A stretch of 64,000 nucleotides of DNA from Neoechinorhynchus agilis. Lineage: Eukaryota; Animalia; Acanthocephala. Below, piece by piece: positions 63,691 to 64,000 of the stretch. A model generated the notes under the pieces. That model had not been told where the DNA came from. It did not search any database and saw only the letters and a list, made by a program, of their open reading frames with translations. Location of the stretch: assembly GCA_051530055.1 (NCBI GenBank), contig CM121343.1:3876389-3940388 (forward strand), in the 5' to 3' direction. Positions within the stretch are counted from its first letter, which is position 1. Each line of letters starts with the position of its first letter. Position numbers and translations under genes: made by a program.

Positions 63691-64000
63691 CGGTGGCGAT
63701 ATCGATCAGATGAACGACCCCGAACAACAAACGTACTCAGATACATGAATAATGCGAGCGATAATGACTACGGGCTAAGATTGTGTAGGTGGATAAATAC
63801 AATAACTGGAGCATTGTTAAGCCTTTCTTCCAGGTGAGTGATGATCGTGGCCCTGGCGGTGTTTCTTCGAAATCATCGTTCAATGACAAAGTAACGTGTT
63901 TTTTTGAACATGAAGTATTTGTTTTTTCGATCAAACAATGGGTTATAGCGAGGCAGATAAACACTAAGGATTGAATGTGGGTATTGGACTTATATTCGTT

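Overview
Eukaryotic, AT-rich, gene-dense DNA from an animal with a compact genome. The animal call rests on a PRD-class homeobox and an Sp/buttonhead zinc-finger gene; the code is standard and most GT-AG introns are ~40-85 bp. The exact lineage cannot be determined. Genes: RETREG/FAM134-like, PRPSAP, HSPA13, TBP, TBCE, CCT3, PTH2-like, Sp6-9-like, a damaged MARF1-like multi-LOTUS fragment, a Max/Myc-like bHLH-Zip, an M17 aminopeptidase, Rap1, NCAPG, a paired-like homeobox and POLR3E. Between them lie about nine locus-specific tandem arrays, many palindromic MITE-like elements and decayed RLE-type non-LTR retrotransposon fragments. Main discovery: five conserved genes (PRPSAP, HSPA13 x2, TBCE x2, NCAPG, POLR3E) are interrupted by seven segments of 46, 46, 47, 56, 64, 736 and 1380 nt that lack convincing GT-AG ends. 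Each is bounded by a TA direct repeat (one is TA/AA) and by an imperfect terminal inverted repeat whose sequence differs between elements. Removing TA-to-TA restores the frame every time and, at most junctions, the conserved protein motif without gaps. These behave as hairpin-defined non-canonical introns or ciliate-IES-like excised DNA, coexisting with ~19 ordinary GT-AG introns. TA-flanked palindromic MITEs nearby are a plausible source. Homologue alignments are from memory of the protein families, not from a database search.
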